Origin: Candidatus Eiseniibacteriota bacterium
GTDB lineage: Bacteria > Eisenbacteria > RBG-16-71-46 > CAIMUX01 > VGJL01
Reading direction: 5' to 3'
Assembly (NCBI GenBank): GCA_041946735.1
Contig: JBHGAY010000006.1
Location: 1-64,000, forward strand
Length of the DNA: 64,000 nt
The position numbers were made by a program, and so were the translations under genes. This document shows positions 9,376 through 19,204 of this stretch, one piece after another. Numbering within the stretch: the stretch's first letter is position 1; each line of letters starts with the position of its first letter. The notes under the pieces are model-generated. The model was given only the letters and a program-made list of their open reading frames with translations, had not been told where the DNA came from and searched no databases.

Positions 9376-10158
9376 ATGCATCGAGTTCGTACTTCGCTCT
9401 TTCCCATCTCGCTTCTCCGTGCCGCATTCCTTCTCGACGCTTTCCTGATTCTTCTTGCCGCTGCCGCCGCCTCGGCGCCGGCGGGCGCGCAGGACCTCGT
9501 GCGCCGCCAGTCTGCGGGACGCGAGGACGCGCCGCTTCCGCTGTACGTCGTTCCCGCCGACTCGGCGCTCGTCCTGACCTCCGTTCTCTGGCATTCCATG
9601 ACGACGGCGCCGCCTCGTACGAGGCCGCAGATCGTCCTCCGGTCTCAGAACCGTTCCGTCTTCTACGTCCACCCCGACTACGATCCGCGGAATCCTTCGG
9701 TCACGCTCCTCCCATACGAGGGAATCGGCAGCGAGATCGAGTTCGCGGCGGGCTCGACGGTCGAGTTGCTCTCCTCCGCGCCCGGCATGAGGACGTGGAA
9801 AGTCGAGTGGTCGGGATATCTGGTCCCTCGCAAGGGGGAAGGGCCTTCCGCTCCCGCGCAGCCGGCGAAGGGCGCCGTTGCGATGGGCATTCGGGGCATC
9901 GGGCCGAATCCGAGCCACGGTGTTAGCCGGGTGCTCTACCGGATCCCTTCGGCTGGCGACGTGGCGCTGCGCGTTTTCGATGCGGCGGGGAGAGCCGTCC
10001 GCACGATGGACGGCAGGGCCGCAGCGGCCGGGACCGGAACGATCGAGTGGGACGGCCGCAACGACGAGGGACATCCGGCCGGAGCGGGCATCTACTTCCT
10101 CGAGCTTCTCCTCGACGGCCGGGTTCTCGATCGCGGCAGGACGATCCGGATGCGATAG
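9376..10158 (+). CDS. Secreted protein with C-terminal FlgD-Ig/T9SS-CTD-like domain
   Basis: Hydrophobic signal ending AGA-Q; tail GPNPS…VFDAAGRAVR…WDGRNDEG.PAGAGIYF. Confidence 0.75.
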   Translation: MHRVRTSLFPISLLRAAFLLDAFLILLAAAAASAPAGAQDLVRRQSAGREDAPLPLYVVPADSALVLTSVLWHSMTTAPPRTRPQIVLRSQNRSVFYVHPDYDPRNPSVTLLPYEGIGSEIEFAAGSTVELLSSAPGMRTWKVEWSGYLVPRKGEGPSAPAQPAKGAVAMGIRGIGPNPSHGVSRVLYRIPSAGDVALRVFDAAGRAVRTMDGRAAAAGTGTIEWDGRNDEGHPAGAGIYFLELLLDGRVLDRGRTIRMR

Positions 10159-10207
10159 CGGAGCCGCGAGACGCAGCCGAAGGTCACGGTCCCGGAGTTC
10201 CGGCCGG

Positions 10208-10759
10208 CTATCGCCTCGACGCGCCTTCCCCGCTGTCCTGATCGTCCGGCTTCCGGAAGGTCATCCGCTGGTGGTCCTTCACCACTCCAGGGAAGCGGAG
10301 GGCGGTGTTGTGCATCACCACGTACACACCCCGAGGAAGGATCTGCACGGCGAGGAGCGCTTCGGTCAGGTTCTGCATCGCGTCGGTGTTGCGCAGCTCG
10401 TACGGGCGCATCGCCCCGGTGAGGACGATCGGGACCGCGGGCGGGTCGCCCAGCCTCTCGACGAGCAGTTCCCCCGTGATCGCGAGGCGGTCGGTTCCAT
10501 GGGTGATGAGGATTCCGTCGTGCGATTCCGCATACGCGGCGGCGACGCGCACGATCCGCTCGTGATCGGCGTCGGTCATCGTGAGCGAATCGACGTTCAT
10601 GACCGGGATCCGATCGACGACGACTCCGTGAAGGACGAGCGAGGCGAGCATGATCTCGAGAACACTTCGCTGGTTGGCGAGCGTGCCGTCCGACTCGTTG
10701 TACGTCTTCTCGATCGTTCCGCCCGTCGAAAGGAGGGCGATCCGGCGTGGAGCGTTCAT
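10208..10759 (-). CDS. Short single-domain class 1 asparaginase
   Basis: TGGTIEK, HGTD, IVLTGAMRP motifs; C-terminal domain absent. Confidence 0.85.
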   Translation of the reverse strand: MNAPRRIALLSTGGTIEKTYNESDGTLANQRSVLEIMLASLVLHGVVVDRIPVMNVDSLTMTDADHERIVRVAAAYAESHDGILITHGTDRLAITGELLVERLGDPPAVPIVLTGAMRPYELRNTDAMQNLTEALLAVQILPRGVYVVMHNTALRFPGVVKDHQRMTFRKPDDQDSGEGASRR

Positions 10760-10834
10760 CGACGTCGAGGATAGCACCCGGAGCGATCGAGCGGAGGCGG
10801 GGCGATGCGCCCCGCCTCGCGATCGATTACGGCT

Positions 10835-13780
10835 CTATCTGAGGATGGTCAGCGTCTGCGTGCGCTCCTGCCCATCGGCCGCGCGCAGCCGCACGTAGTA
10901 GATGCCCGGCGCGACTGCGGCTCCCCGGTCGTTCCTGCCGTCCCAGGCAAGGGCGTGCCCGCCGGCGGCGAGCGGTCCGTCGACCAAGGTGCGCACGAGC
11001 CGCCCGTCGATGCCGAAGAGCTGCAGGGAAACCTCTCCGGCCTGCGGCAGCGCGAAGCGAACCGACGAGCCGGCGTTCGCGGGGTTCGGCCGCGGCGGAT
11101 CGAGACGGAGGACGAGCGGCCCGAGGGCGCCTTCCGAGGCCTCCACGACACCGGGCGTGCCGGTGATCTGGAAGTCGTCGACCGCCGCCTCGAGCAGCGA
11201 GTTCGATCCGGAGTCGCTGGCGACGAACCGCACGCGCACCTGCGCGGTCGGCGTGACGTAGTCCGCGACGACGAACTCCATCCGGGTCCATTGATTCGCC
11301 GACTGCGTCGTACGCTCGAGGTCGGCCCAGCTGTTCCCGCCGTCGCTCGAGATCTGTACGAGCCAGGTGTCCTCGTTCGGATTGTTCCCGAGATTGTTCG
11401 TGTACCACCGCCAGTAGACGACCTTCGGCTGCACGACGTGCGAGAGGTCGTACACCGGCGTCGTGAGGGTCGTCTTCCCGCCATCCAGATCCTGCTCGCC
11501 CGCCGCGCCTCCTACGGACCCCTGACCCGTCACGAAGCAGTAGACCCCGGGGGCCGGCGTGTGGTCGTCCTCCGGCTGGGCCGGCTGTCCGTTGTAGGTC
11601 GTGCCGTTCGGATCGACGCGCACCCAGCGGCCGGTCGTCGCGTTGTCGTCGGCGGCCACGAGGCTCCACCCCGATTCGCTCTCGACGTCGTCGTAGACAG
11701 CCGAGCCGACCTGGATCTGGAAGTTGCTGACCGTCTGATACCCGAACCCCGCCCGGATCGCGAGGGAGAGCGGGAGGACCTCTCCGGCCACCGCGGACGG
11801 CGAGACGGCCACGCGGAATGGGGGCGTGAGCGCACCGGCGCCACCGGCGGGGATCAGATCGGCGGCGCCGTTCTCATCGATCACGACCAGATGCGGGGAG
11901 GAGGTCGAGAGGACGGCCGTCACGTCCTCCGCCGCCTGGCTCCCGCCATTGGCGAGCGTCACCGGGATCACGACGACCTCCCCGACGTCCGGGACGCCGT
12001 TGGCGTTCCCGTGAGCGGCGTCGTCGAAGGAGTGCGAGGCATAGGTGAGCCGGGGGGCGGCGACCTCGATCGTGAACGGGACGTCTCGGTTGCCGGTGTT
12101 GTCGGTCATCGCGAGGACGAAGTTCAGGATCTGGCCGTCGACGGCGGATCCGGCGAGCTGCACACGGAAGGCGGTGGTGTTCTCCGCCTCCCCGCCGGCC
12201 GGGATGTCCGGCCAGTTGCTGTTGCCCTGGAGGACGGTCGCCTCCTCGCTGCCGCTCGCGAGCGAGCCATGCACCTGTGTGGCCGGCTGCTGGCCGAGGT
12301 TGCGGATCGTCACCAACAACTCCAGCGTCTCTCCGGGATTCGCCTCGCCGTCACCGTTTCCGATCGAGCCGCCGATCGCGTCGTCGTCGAGATCGAGCGA
12401 TCCGAACGCGAGGAACGAGCCGCTCGGGTTCATCGGGACCGCGGTCGTCGCGAGCGCGGCGACGTTCGCCTTCACGCAGCTCAGGATGTAGTCGTGCGGG
12501 TAGCGCTCGATGCGGTCGTTGCAGGTGTGGTACCAGGGGCAGAAGTCGTCCCCCCAGGCTTCGTCCTCGATCGAGCAGATCGCGTCGTATCCTTCCGACC
12601 AGAAGGAGTAGTGGTCGCTTCCGCTCATCGACTCCACGTGGACGATCACGTCCAGCTCTCCCGGGATGTACTGGTCTGCGGCGTCCGACAGGGTCGTCGC
12701 GAACTCCTGGGAGGCGCTGTTCGTGTAGATGATGAGATCCGGAGGCGCGGGATCCGTTCCCCGGTAGGCGATCATGTCGCAGTTGTAGGCCGTGACGACG
12801 TCCTCTCCCTGCGAGCGGATGTAGTCGCAATAGGCCGCGGAGCCGAGGAGCCCCTGCTCCTCTCCGTTGAAGCAGGCGAACTTGATCGTGTACTCGAAGA
12901 GGTACTGCGAGAGGATCTTCGCCGCCTCCATCACCGCCGCCGTCCCGCTTCCGTTGTCGTCCGCTCCGGGCGCGCAGAGTCCGGTGTTCTCCGAAGTCGC
13001 GTCGAGGTGCCCGCAGATGTAGACGACCTTCGAGGGATCGACGAGGCCCGGCAGCGTGGCGACGACGTTGCGCCTCTGCTGGCCGCTCTGCATGTAGTAG
13101 TGGAACTCCGCCTGCAGTCCATAGGAATGGAACGTGTCGAGCATCCACTGCGTCGACTGCAGGTTTCCCTCAGCCGAGATATAACGGTTCTCGAAATCGT
13201 CCAGGGTCTGCCAGATCTCGTCGAGATCGGCCTGCTGCACGCCGGCGACGATCGCCTGCACGATCGGGTCCCTCGTCCTCGGCAAGTCGGTCACCGGAGC
13301 GGTCACGTCGGGCCAGGCGATCGGGCGGCCATCGATCCGGACCGGCTGGGCCAGCCCGTGCAGCTCCTCGCGGGACTCGGCCGTCAGCTCGGGCGGCTCG
13401 TCGGCTGCGATGGCGACCAGCGCTTCGTGTCCGGAGTAGGCGAGCAGGCGGGCGGGTTCGGCGAAGCGGGCGCGCGCGGGATCCTCGACGAGGAAAACGT
13501 AGAGCGCTTCTCCCGGCATGACCGCCACGGGCGTGCCGCCGGCGGCTTGCAGGCGCGATGCTGTCGCGGGATCGGTGCCGAGGAGAGAGCCGGCCGCGCC
13601 GTGGTAGTACAGCTCGCTCGTGTCCCGGAGACCCGGAACCGCGTCGAGGGCCGGCGACCAGACGAGAGTGTCCGTGGCCGGTTGCGCGAGCCCGGGAGGG
13701 GCGAAGACGAGGACGGCCAGGAGCAGCAACCCGGCCGGAAGGAAGGACCTGACCTGCCGGGACCCGTTGAGACGCAACAT
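10835..13780 (-). CDS. Secreted M28 aminopeptidase with tandem Ig-like domains and FlgD-Ig/T9SS-CTD-like tail
   Basis: GHLD, GADDNGSG, GEEQGLLGS, DMI, SDH, YH; two DD..GN.(D/N)G…GE…N.G modules; tail PNP…DGRLVR…WDGRNDRG..APGIYY. Confidence 0.88.
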   Translation of the reverse strand: MLRLNGSRQVRSFLPAGLLLLAVLVFAPPGLAQPATDTLVWSPALDAVPGLRDTSELYYHGAAGSLLGTDPATASRLQAAGGTPVAVMPGEALYVFLVEDPARARFAEPARLLAYSGHEALVAIAADEPPELTAESREELHGLAQPVRIDGRPIAWPDVTAPVTDLPRTRDPIVQAIVAGVQQADLDEIWQTLDDFENRYISAEGNLQSTQWMLDTFHSYGLQAEFHYYMQSGQQRRNVVATLPGLVDPSKVVYICGHLDATSENTGLCAPGADDNGSGTAAVMEAAKILSQYLFEYTIKFACFNGEEQGLLGSAAYCDYIRSQGEDVVTAYNCDMIAYRGTDPAPPDLIIYTNSASQEFATTLSDAADQYIPGELDVIVHVESMSGSDHYSFWSEGYDAICSIEDEAWGDDFCPWYHTCNDRIERYPHDYILSCVKANVAALATTAVPMNPSGSFLAFGSLDLDDDAIGGSIGNGDGEANPGETLELLVTIRNLGQQPATQVHGSLASGSEEATVLQGNSNWPDIPAGGEAENTTAFRVQLAGSAVDGQILNFVLAMTDNTGNRDVPFTIEVAAPRLTYASHSFDDAAHGNANGVPDVGEVVVIPVTLANGGSQAAEDVTAVLSTSSPHLVVIDENGAADLIPAGGAGALTPPFRVAVSPSAVAGEVLPLSLAIRAGFGYQTVSNFQIQVGSAVYDDVESESGWSLVAADDNATTGRWVRVDPNGTTYNGQPAQPEDDHTPAPGVYCFVTGQGSVGGAAGEQDLDGGKTTLTTPVYDLSHVVQPKVVYWRWYTNNLGNNPNEDTWLVQISSDGGNSWADLERTTQSANQWTRMEFVVADYVTPTAQVRVRFVASDSGSNSLLEAAVDDFQITGTPGVVEASEGALGPLVLRLDPPRPNPANAGSSVRFALPQAGEVSLQLFGIDGRLVRTLVDGPLAAGGHALAWDGRNDRGAAVAPGIYYVRLRAADGQERTQTLTILR

Positions 13781-14030
13781 CGATGCCTCCCGCCAAGAAT
13801 GTCCAGCTGGGGCGCGGACGCGGACGCGGCGCGCACGATCCGCAACAATTCTACCAGCGCGCGACCCTTCGGCCGAGAAGTTTCCCGGCTCCTCGTCCAG
13901 GTTCTCCTTCGAGGCAACCACTTCCTCCGTTAGCCTTTGGACGGACGCCGCGCCCCGGTTGCCCCGGCCGATGGCGGAAGCGCTGCCGCGCGCCGCGCGC
14001 CCCGCGTCGCGACACCATCGAGGAGATCCG

Positions 14031-14906
14031 ATGCCAACAAGCCTGCTCGTGCCCTTCCTCGCCGCCGTCCTGGCCTTCTCCGGGCAGGACGTCGGCTCGA
14101 TCCTGCGCGACCTGCCCGCGCCTCCCGGGACTGCTCCGAGGTCGGAGGTGCGGGTCGAGCCGGCCGATCCCGAAGCCGGCCGGCCGAGTCGTGAGTTGCT
14201 CGACTTCGGGGCGATGGAGACGGCCGAAGTCTCCTTCCGGCGCGAGGCTGCAGAGGGACAGATCGAGGTGGCGCTGCACCGGATGGCGGCGCCCAGCGGC
14301 GCCTTCGGAGTCTGCGCGCTGCTTCGCGGAGAAGACCCGCCGGCGCAGGATGCCGGGATCGGATCGGGCTCCTACCTGCGAGACGAGGAACTGGCCTTCT
14401 GGAAGGGCCCCTTCTTTGCCACGATCCACGGGGCCGGGACGGAGGAGGCCAAAGCGCTCGCCAACGATCTCGCCGGCAGGATTCCCGCCGGCCGCGACTC
14501 GTTTCCGGCCCTCGCGGTCCTGCCGCCCGGCAATCGGGTACGCAACAGCGAGCGCTACCTGCCGTCTTCCCGTCCCTTCCTCGGGATCGACGGACTCGGC
14601 GACGCATGGTCCGCCGGGTACAGCGAGGGAGCGCGGCGCTACACGCTACTGATTCGCAAGAACCGCCCTCCGCTGCGCGCGGAAGCCTTCCGGTCGATCG
14701 GCGCGGTCAAGGCCAGCCCGACGCAACAAAGCCCGCTGCAAATGATCGAGACGAAGGACGGCAGCACGCTCCTGCTCTTCTACGTGAGGATGAGCCCTTG
14801 GCTCGCGGTCTACTACGGGCCGAAACCCGATTCTGTGGGGATCGTCGATCTGAGCGAATGGGTGGAGTCGCTGCGCGGCCGGAACGCGCGGCCGCCGGCG
14901 CGGTGA
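14031..14906 (+). CDS. Exported hypothetical protein (DUF6599-like)
   Basis: GGAG RBS, N-terminal signal; HRMAAPSGAFG and LAFWKGPFFATI segments resemble DUF6599-type periplasmic proteins. Confidence 0.55.
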   Translation: MPTSLLVPFLAAVLAFSGQDVGSILRDLPAPPGTAPRSEVRVEPADPEAGRPSRELLDFGAMETAEVSFRREAAEGQIEVALHRMAAPSGAFGVCALLRGEDPPAQDAGIGSGSYLRDEELAFWKGPFFATIHGAGTEEAKALANDLAGRIPAGRDSFPALAVLPPGNRVRNSERYLPSSRPFLGIDGLGDAWSAGYSEGARRYTLLIRKNRPPLRAEAFRSIGAVKASPTQQSPLQMIETKDGSTLLLFYVRMSPWLAVYYGPKPDSVGIVDLSEWVESLRGRNARPPAR

Positions 14907-15463
14907 CGCGGGGACGCGATGAGGCGGTGACGCGCGGACGGGAGGGGGCGGCAGGCGAAGCGCACCGGCGCACCCGGCGTAGCTCGATCCACGTACGCCG
15001 GCCATCGCGCGCGCAGGTGGCGCTGCTTCCCCTTCTTGGATTGATCCCCTCCTTCCTGCTCGCGACCTATGCGCTCACCCAGCCGTGGGCGCGAGGACGA
15101 GCGCTCCTTCTGGTCGGGATCTCTCGCAGTCCGGGCGCCGCGCTGCTGCTCGCCATGACGCTGCTCGCGATGGTCGGCATGAGCGTCGCCGTCGCGACGC
15201 GCACCCGGCGGCGCGACGTGGCGGCCGGGGTGCACGTGGGTACCGCGGTCCTGATGGCGGTGGTCGCGCTTGCCGCGTTCCGGATGATCCGGCATGCCGG
15301 GGTCAAGATCCTCTTCGTCCCGATCGCTACCGTGCATCCGGGGAGGGGGCTGCGCCTCTTCGTGCTCGCCGCCGGGCTGGTTCTCGCCCTCGGACTGGTC
15401 GAGTTCTTGCTCTCCCTTGCCGACCGGCGTAGTCCAGGCGGCTCCGCCGCTCCCGAGGCGTAG
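14903..15463 (+). CDS. Hypothetical membrane protein (about 4 TM)
   Basis: GTGA overlap with the upstream stop; four hydrophobic segments; start uncertain because a 24-bp duplication gives two GTG starts. Confidence 0.6.
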   Translation: MTRGRDEAVTRGREGAAGEAHRRTRRSSIHVRRPSRAQVALLPLLGLIPSFLLATYALTQPWARGRALLLVGISRSPGAALLLAMTLLAMVGMSVAVATRTRRRDVAAGVHVGTAVLMAVVALAAFRMIRHAGVKILFVPIATVHPGRGLRLFVLAAGLVLALGLVEFLLSLADRRSPGGSAAPEA

Positions 15464-15539
15464 CCGCCCCCAGCGGGCGTAGCCGCGCGGAGTGGCCGGG
15501 CGGCTCTGGAGCGGGAGAAGGATTCCCGGAGCGATTCGG

Positions 15540-15545
15540 TATAAT
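15540..15545 (+). promoter_or_regulatory. Consensus -10 box TATAAT upstream of hisC
   Basis: Perfect TATAAT 97 bp before ATG 15642. Confidence 0.5.
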
Positions 15546-15641
15546 GCCTCTGGCATGACGCCGTCGGCCGCTGTCGTGTGCTCGCCCTTCGCGGCGGCCT
15601 CGCTTGGGTGGTGGCGCGGTTCATATGAGGAGGATGGGGGG

Positions 15642-16754
15642 ATGAGTCGAGGGCCGGTCGCTCCGGAGTACGTCCGTAATCTTGCCGTATACGTGCCGGG
15701 CAAGCCGATCGAGGAGGTCCGGCGGGAGTTGGGTATCACCGATCAAATCGTCAAGCTGGCCTCGAACGAGAACCCGCTGGGCGCGTCCCCTCGGGCGCTC
15801 GAGGCGATCCGCAAGGCGCTCGCCGAGGTGCACCGCTATCCGGACGGAGGCGGGTTCTATCTCCGCCAGGCGCTCGCCGACCGCTTCCGGCTGACTCCGG
15901 ACTCCGCGTTGCTGGGGAACGGATCGTCGGAGATCATCGAGATGCTCGCCCACGCCTATCTGGCCGACGGGGACGAGGCGATCTTCTCGCAGCAGTCGTT
16001 CGTCATGTATCCCATCGCGATCGCTTCGGTGAACGGCCGCGGCGTGGCGGTTCCCGCCACGCGGGATCGCCGCCACGACGTGGATGCGATCCTCGCTGCC
16101 GTAACAGACCGCACGAAGCTGATCTTCGTCGCGAACCCGTCGAATCCGACCGGAACCTACATCGCCCGTCCGGACCTCAGCCGGCTCCTTGCCGGCGTTC
16201 CGGAGAGCGTCCTCGTCCTGGTGGACCAGGCGTACCAGGAGTACGTGGAGGAGCCCGACTATCCGGACGCCCTGGACGATCTGCGCGAGGGAAGGAACGT
16301 GGCGATTCTGAGGACCTTCTCGAAGATCTACGGCCTTGCCGGGATTCGGATCGGTTACGTTCTCGGTCCCGCTGACGTGATCCACACGCTGAATCGTATC
16401 CGCTCGCCGTTCAACACCTCCCACGTTGCGCAGGCGGCTGGTTGCGCCGCTCTCGAGGACGAGGAGTGGGTTCTTCGATGCAGGACCGAGAACGCCCGCG
16501 AGCGGACCTTCCTGCAAACGGAGCTGTCGCGTCGCGGAGTCGCCTTCACGCCGTCGGTCACGAACTTCCTGCTGATCCAGCCGGCCGGCGACGTCGCCTC
16601 TCTCATTCCGCTGTTCGAGAAGCGGGGCGTGATCATCCGCCCGGTCGGCGGGCCGGGACTGGCAAATTGCGCTCGTGTCAGCGTCGGGACGCGCGCCGAG
16701 AACGAGAAGTTCCTCGCCGCCTTGGACGCGCTTCATCGCGAAGGCAAGGTCTGA
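15642..16754 (+). CDS. hisC: Histidinol-phosphate aminotransferase
   Basis: YVPGKPI, KLASNENPLG, GNGSSE, ANPSNPTG, DQAY, RTFSKIYGLAGIRIGY. Confidence 0.92.
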   Translation: MSRGPVAPEYVRNLAVYVPGKPIEEVRRELGITDQIVKLASNENPLGASPRALEAIRKALAEVHRYPDGGGFYLRQALADRFRLTPDSALLGNGSSEIIEMLAHAYLADGDEAIFSQQSFVMYPIAIASVNGRGVAVPATRDRRHDVDAILAAVTDRTKLIFVANPSNPTGTYIARPDLSRLLAGVPESVLVLVDQAYQEYVEEPDYPDALDDLREGRNVAILRTFSKIYGLAGIRIGYVLGPADVIHTLNRIRSPFNTSHVAQAAGCAALEDEEWVLRCRTENARERTFLQTELSRRGVAFTPSVTNFLLIQPAGDVASLIPLFEKRGVIIRPVGGPGLANCARVSVGTRAENEKFLAALDALHREGKV

Positions 16755-16775
16755 GATCGCGGACACGGAGAGCCG

Positions 16776-17813
16776 ATGGTAGCGATGGATCGTGGGAATC
16801 GAGTGCGCCTGACCGCCGCGCTGCTTTCGCTCGTCGTCGGCAGCGTGCTGATGGCGGGGAAGTTCCTCGCGTTCCGTATGACGGGATCGACGGCGATCTT
16901 CTCCGATGCGCTGGAGAGCATCGTCAACGTCCTCGCCGCCGCCTTCGCGGTGGGGGGCATCCTCTTCGCCGGACGCCCCGCCGATCGCGGCCATCCTTAC
17001 GGTCACGGCAAGATCGAGTTCTTCTCCGCGGCTTTCGAAGGCGGATTGATCGCCTTCGCCGCGGTCGTGATCGTCTATCAGGCGATCGAGAGCCTGATCC
17101 ACGGCCCCGAGCTGCGGCAGCTGAACCTCGGTCTCGCGATCACGGCGGGCGCCGGCGCGCTCAACGCCCTTCTCGGCTGGATCCTGATCCGGACCGGCCG
17201 GCGCTACGACTCGCTGATCCTGATCGCCGACGGCAAGCACGTCCTCTCGGACTTCCTGACCACCGTGGGGATCCTCATCGGCCTCGCACTCGTGAGGATC
17301 ACCGAGGTGCTCTGGCTCGACCCGGTCGTCGCCATCGTCGTGGCCATTGCGCTCGCCCGGACCGGAGTGCTCCTCGTCCGCCATGCGGCGCGAGCGCTCC
17401 TCGACGAGGAAGACACCTATCTACTCCAGCGACTGCTGGAGGCGGGGGAGCAGGCGCGGGAGCCGGGGATCATCAGGATGCATCACCTGCGCGCAATCCG
17501 GGTCGGAAGTTTCGTCCACGTCGACGCGCACCTCGTCGTCCCCGAGTTCTGGTCGGTCGATCATGCACACGATCGAAGCGACGCGTTCGAGCGGCGACTG
17601 CTCGATCGCTGCTCCATCGACGGCGAGATCGTCTTCCACACCGATCCCTGCCGGCAGATCTTCTGCGAGGCGTGCGATCTGGCCGACTGTCCCATCCGCG
17701 CGCGGCCGTTCGTGGAGCGCCCGCGCCTGACGCTCGACGAGGCAACCTTGCCGGACGAAGCGCCCGGTCAGCCGCCTCTCGTCACGGCGATCACGAGCCT
17801 GAAACGAGGCTGA
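16776..17813 (+). CDS. Cation diffusion facilitator (FieF-like) with Cys-rich tail
   Basis: SDALES, PAD..HPYGHGKIE, ADGKH..SD; C-terminal HTDPC-x4-C-x2-C-x4-C. Confidence 0.9.
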   Translation: MVAMDRGNRVRLTAALLSLVVGSVLMAGKFLAFRMTGSTAIFSDALESIVNVLAAAFAVGGILFAGRPADRGHPYGHGKIEFFSAAFEGGLIAFAAVVIVYQAIESLIHGPELRQLNLGLAITAGAGALNALLGWILIRTGRRYDSLILIADGKHVLSDFLTTVGILIGLALVRITEVLWLDPVVAIVVAIALARTGVLLVRHAARALLDEEDTYLLQRLLEAGEQAREPGIIRMHHLRAIRVGSFVHVDAHLVVPEFWSVDHAHDRSDAFERRLLDRCSIDGEIVFHTDPCRQIFCEACDLADCPIRARPFVERPRLTLDEATLPDEAPGQPPLVTAITSLKRG

Positions 17814-17840
17814 GGGCGGCGCCGGCAGCGCCGGCGCCGG

Positions 17841-18272
17841 CTACCCCGCGGCGACGCAGTAGCGGTCGAATGCTTGGATGAGGTTCGTGGCGACGTCTCC
17901 CGGGTCCCGCCCCTCGATCTCCTGCCGCTGGATCAGGCGGACCAGCTTGCCTTCCTTGAAAAGCGCGATCTGGGGAGACGTCGGCGGATGGTTCTCGAAG
18001 TAGGCCCGAGCGCGGTTCGTCGCCTCGAGGTCCTGACCGGCGAAGACCGTCGCGACGGCCCCGGGCACGCGGTCATGCGTCAGGGCGAGAGCGAGGCCAG
18101 GGCGTGCCATCCCAGCCGCGCAGCCACAGACGGAGTTGACGAACACGAGAGCGGTCCGCTCTCGGTTCTCTCGCATGAAGGCGTCCACCTCGTCGGGAGT
18201 GCGAAGCTCCTGCACTCCCATACGGGTCAGTTCCTCGCGCATCGGCTCGACAAGCTCCTCGGGGTACGGCAT
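17841..18272 (-). CDS. BrxA/BrxB family bacilliredoxin
   Basis: VNSVCGCAAGMARP (CGC motif), TVFAGQD.EAT..AR.YF, PPTSPQIALFK. Confidence 0.92.
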   Translation of the reverse strand: MPYPEELVEPMREELTRMGVQELRTPDEVDAFMRENRERTALVFVNSVCGCAAGMARPGLALALTHDRVPGAVATVFAGQDLEATNRARAYFENHPPTSPQIALFKEGKLVRLIQRQEIEGRDPGDVATNLIQAFDRYCVAAG

Positions 18273-18415
18273 CGATCTACCTCCTTACGTCCTCGTGCGC
18301 CCTCGCGCGTCGTGCGCCCTCGCGCGTCCGAAACCTGTCGACACTACCGGCTGCGACGACCCTAGGCAATGCCTCGCGACGTCCGCTCGCCGCCGTCACC
18401 CCTCGCTGGCGCTCG

Positions 18416-18934
18416 CTACGGCAACTGCGAGTGCGTGGCGGCGATCGCGGTCAGAGTCTGGGCGAGAATTCCAGTGCCGAGCGTCTTCAGGAGAGCCGGA
18501 TGGTCGGCGGCCATCTCGGCGATCTTTTCCACCACCGAGGGATCGAGGGTGTCGGCAGCGGCGGCCAGCTTGCGGACCGACGCAGCCCCGATCCGCTCGG
18601 CGTCTGCCGCCGACACGGTCTGCTTCCCGACCAGAAGTTCCTGCACGTGCTTGGGCTCGTGTTGCAGGGCGACCGTCCCCTCCTTCTCGTTCAGGGCGGG
18701 GAGCAGGCGGTTGAGGATCCCGGCTCGCTGCTCGGGCGTCGCGTGTGTGTAGAGATCGAGCACGATGTCTGCGAAGGGCGGAGTGCTGGCGGATTTCAGG
18801 GACGTGACGATCCCGGCGGCAAGTTCGCCCCGGCTGACCTCCTTCGCGACGCTGTCGAATTCCTCGTGGATCCTCGGTCTCTCGGTCGCATCCGAACGAT
18901 ACTTGCGCAATACGTCGACCACCTGCTTCGTCAT
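18416..18934 (-). CDS. Hypothetical alpha-helical protein
   Basis: GGAGG RBS and coding-like composition; no recognisable motif. Confidence 0.65.
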   Translation of the reverse strand: MTKQVVDVLRKYRSDATERPRIHEEFDSVAKEVSRGELAAGIVTSLKSASTPPFADIVLDLYTHATPEQRAGILNRLLPALNEKEGTVALQHEPKHVQELLVGKQTVSAADAERIGAASVRKLAAAADTLDPSVVEKIAEMAADHPALLKTLGTGILAQTLTAIAATHSQLP

Positions 18935-19204
18935 GGCGTCGGTGCCCTCCATTCCGGTTCACGAGGTTTTGCCGGCCTGTCGGATCTTTCACATTCACGG
19001 GGAAGGCCGAACGTGGGAGCGTTCCGGCGACGGGGCCGCCCCGACGCTCGCTTCTCCTTCGGATCGTACTCCGTCTCGTTGCTGCCGCTCCGCTCACATC
19101 GCGCCGCGCGGAGAGATGCTCGACCACGCCGGTCCTTTGCGAGCGGCGACGGCCGTTCGGCGGCGCCTTGCCCTCCCGCCCCCGGCGGCCTACCGTCACG
19201 TCCC

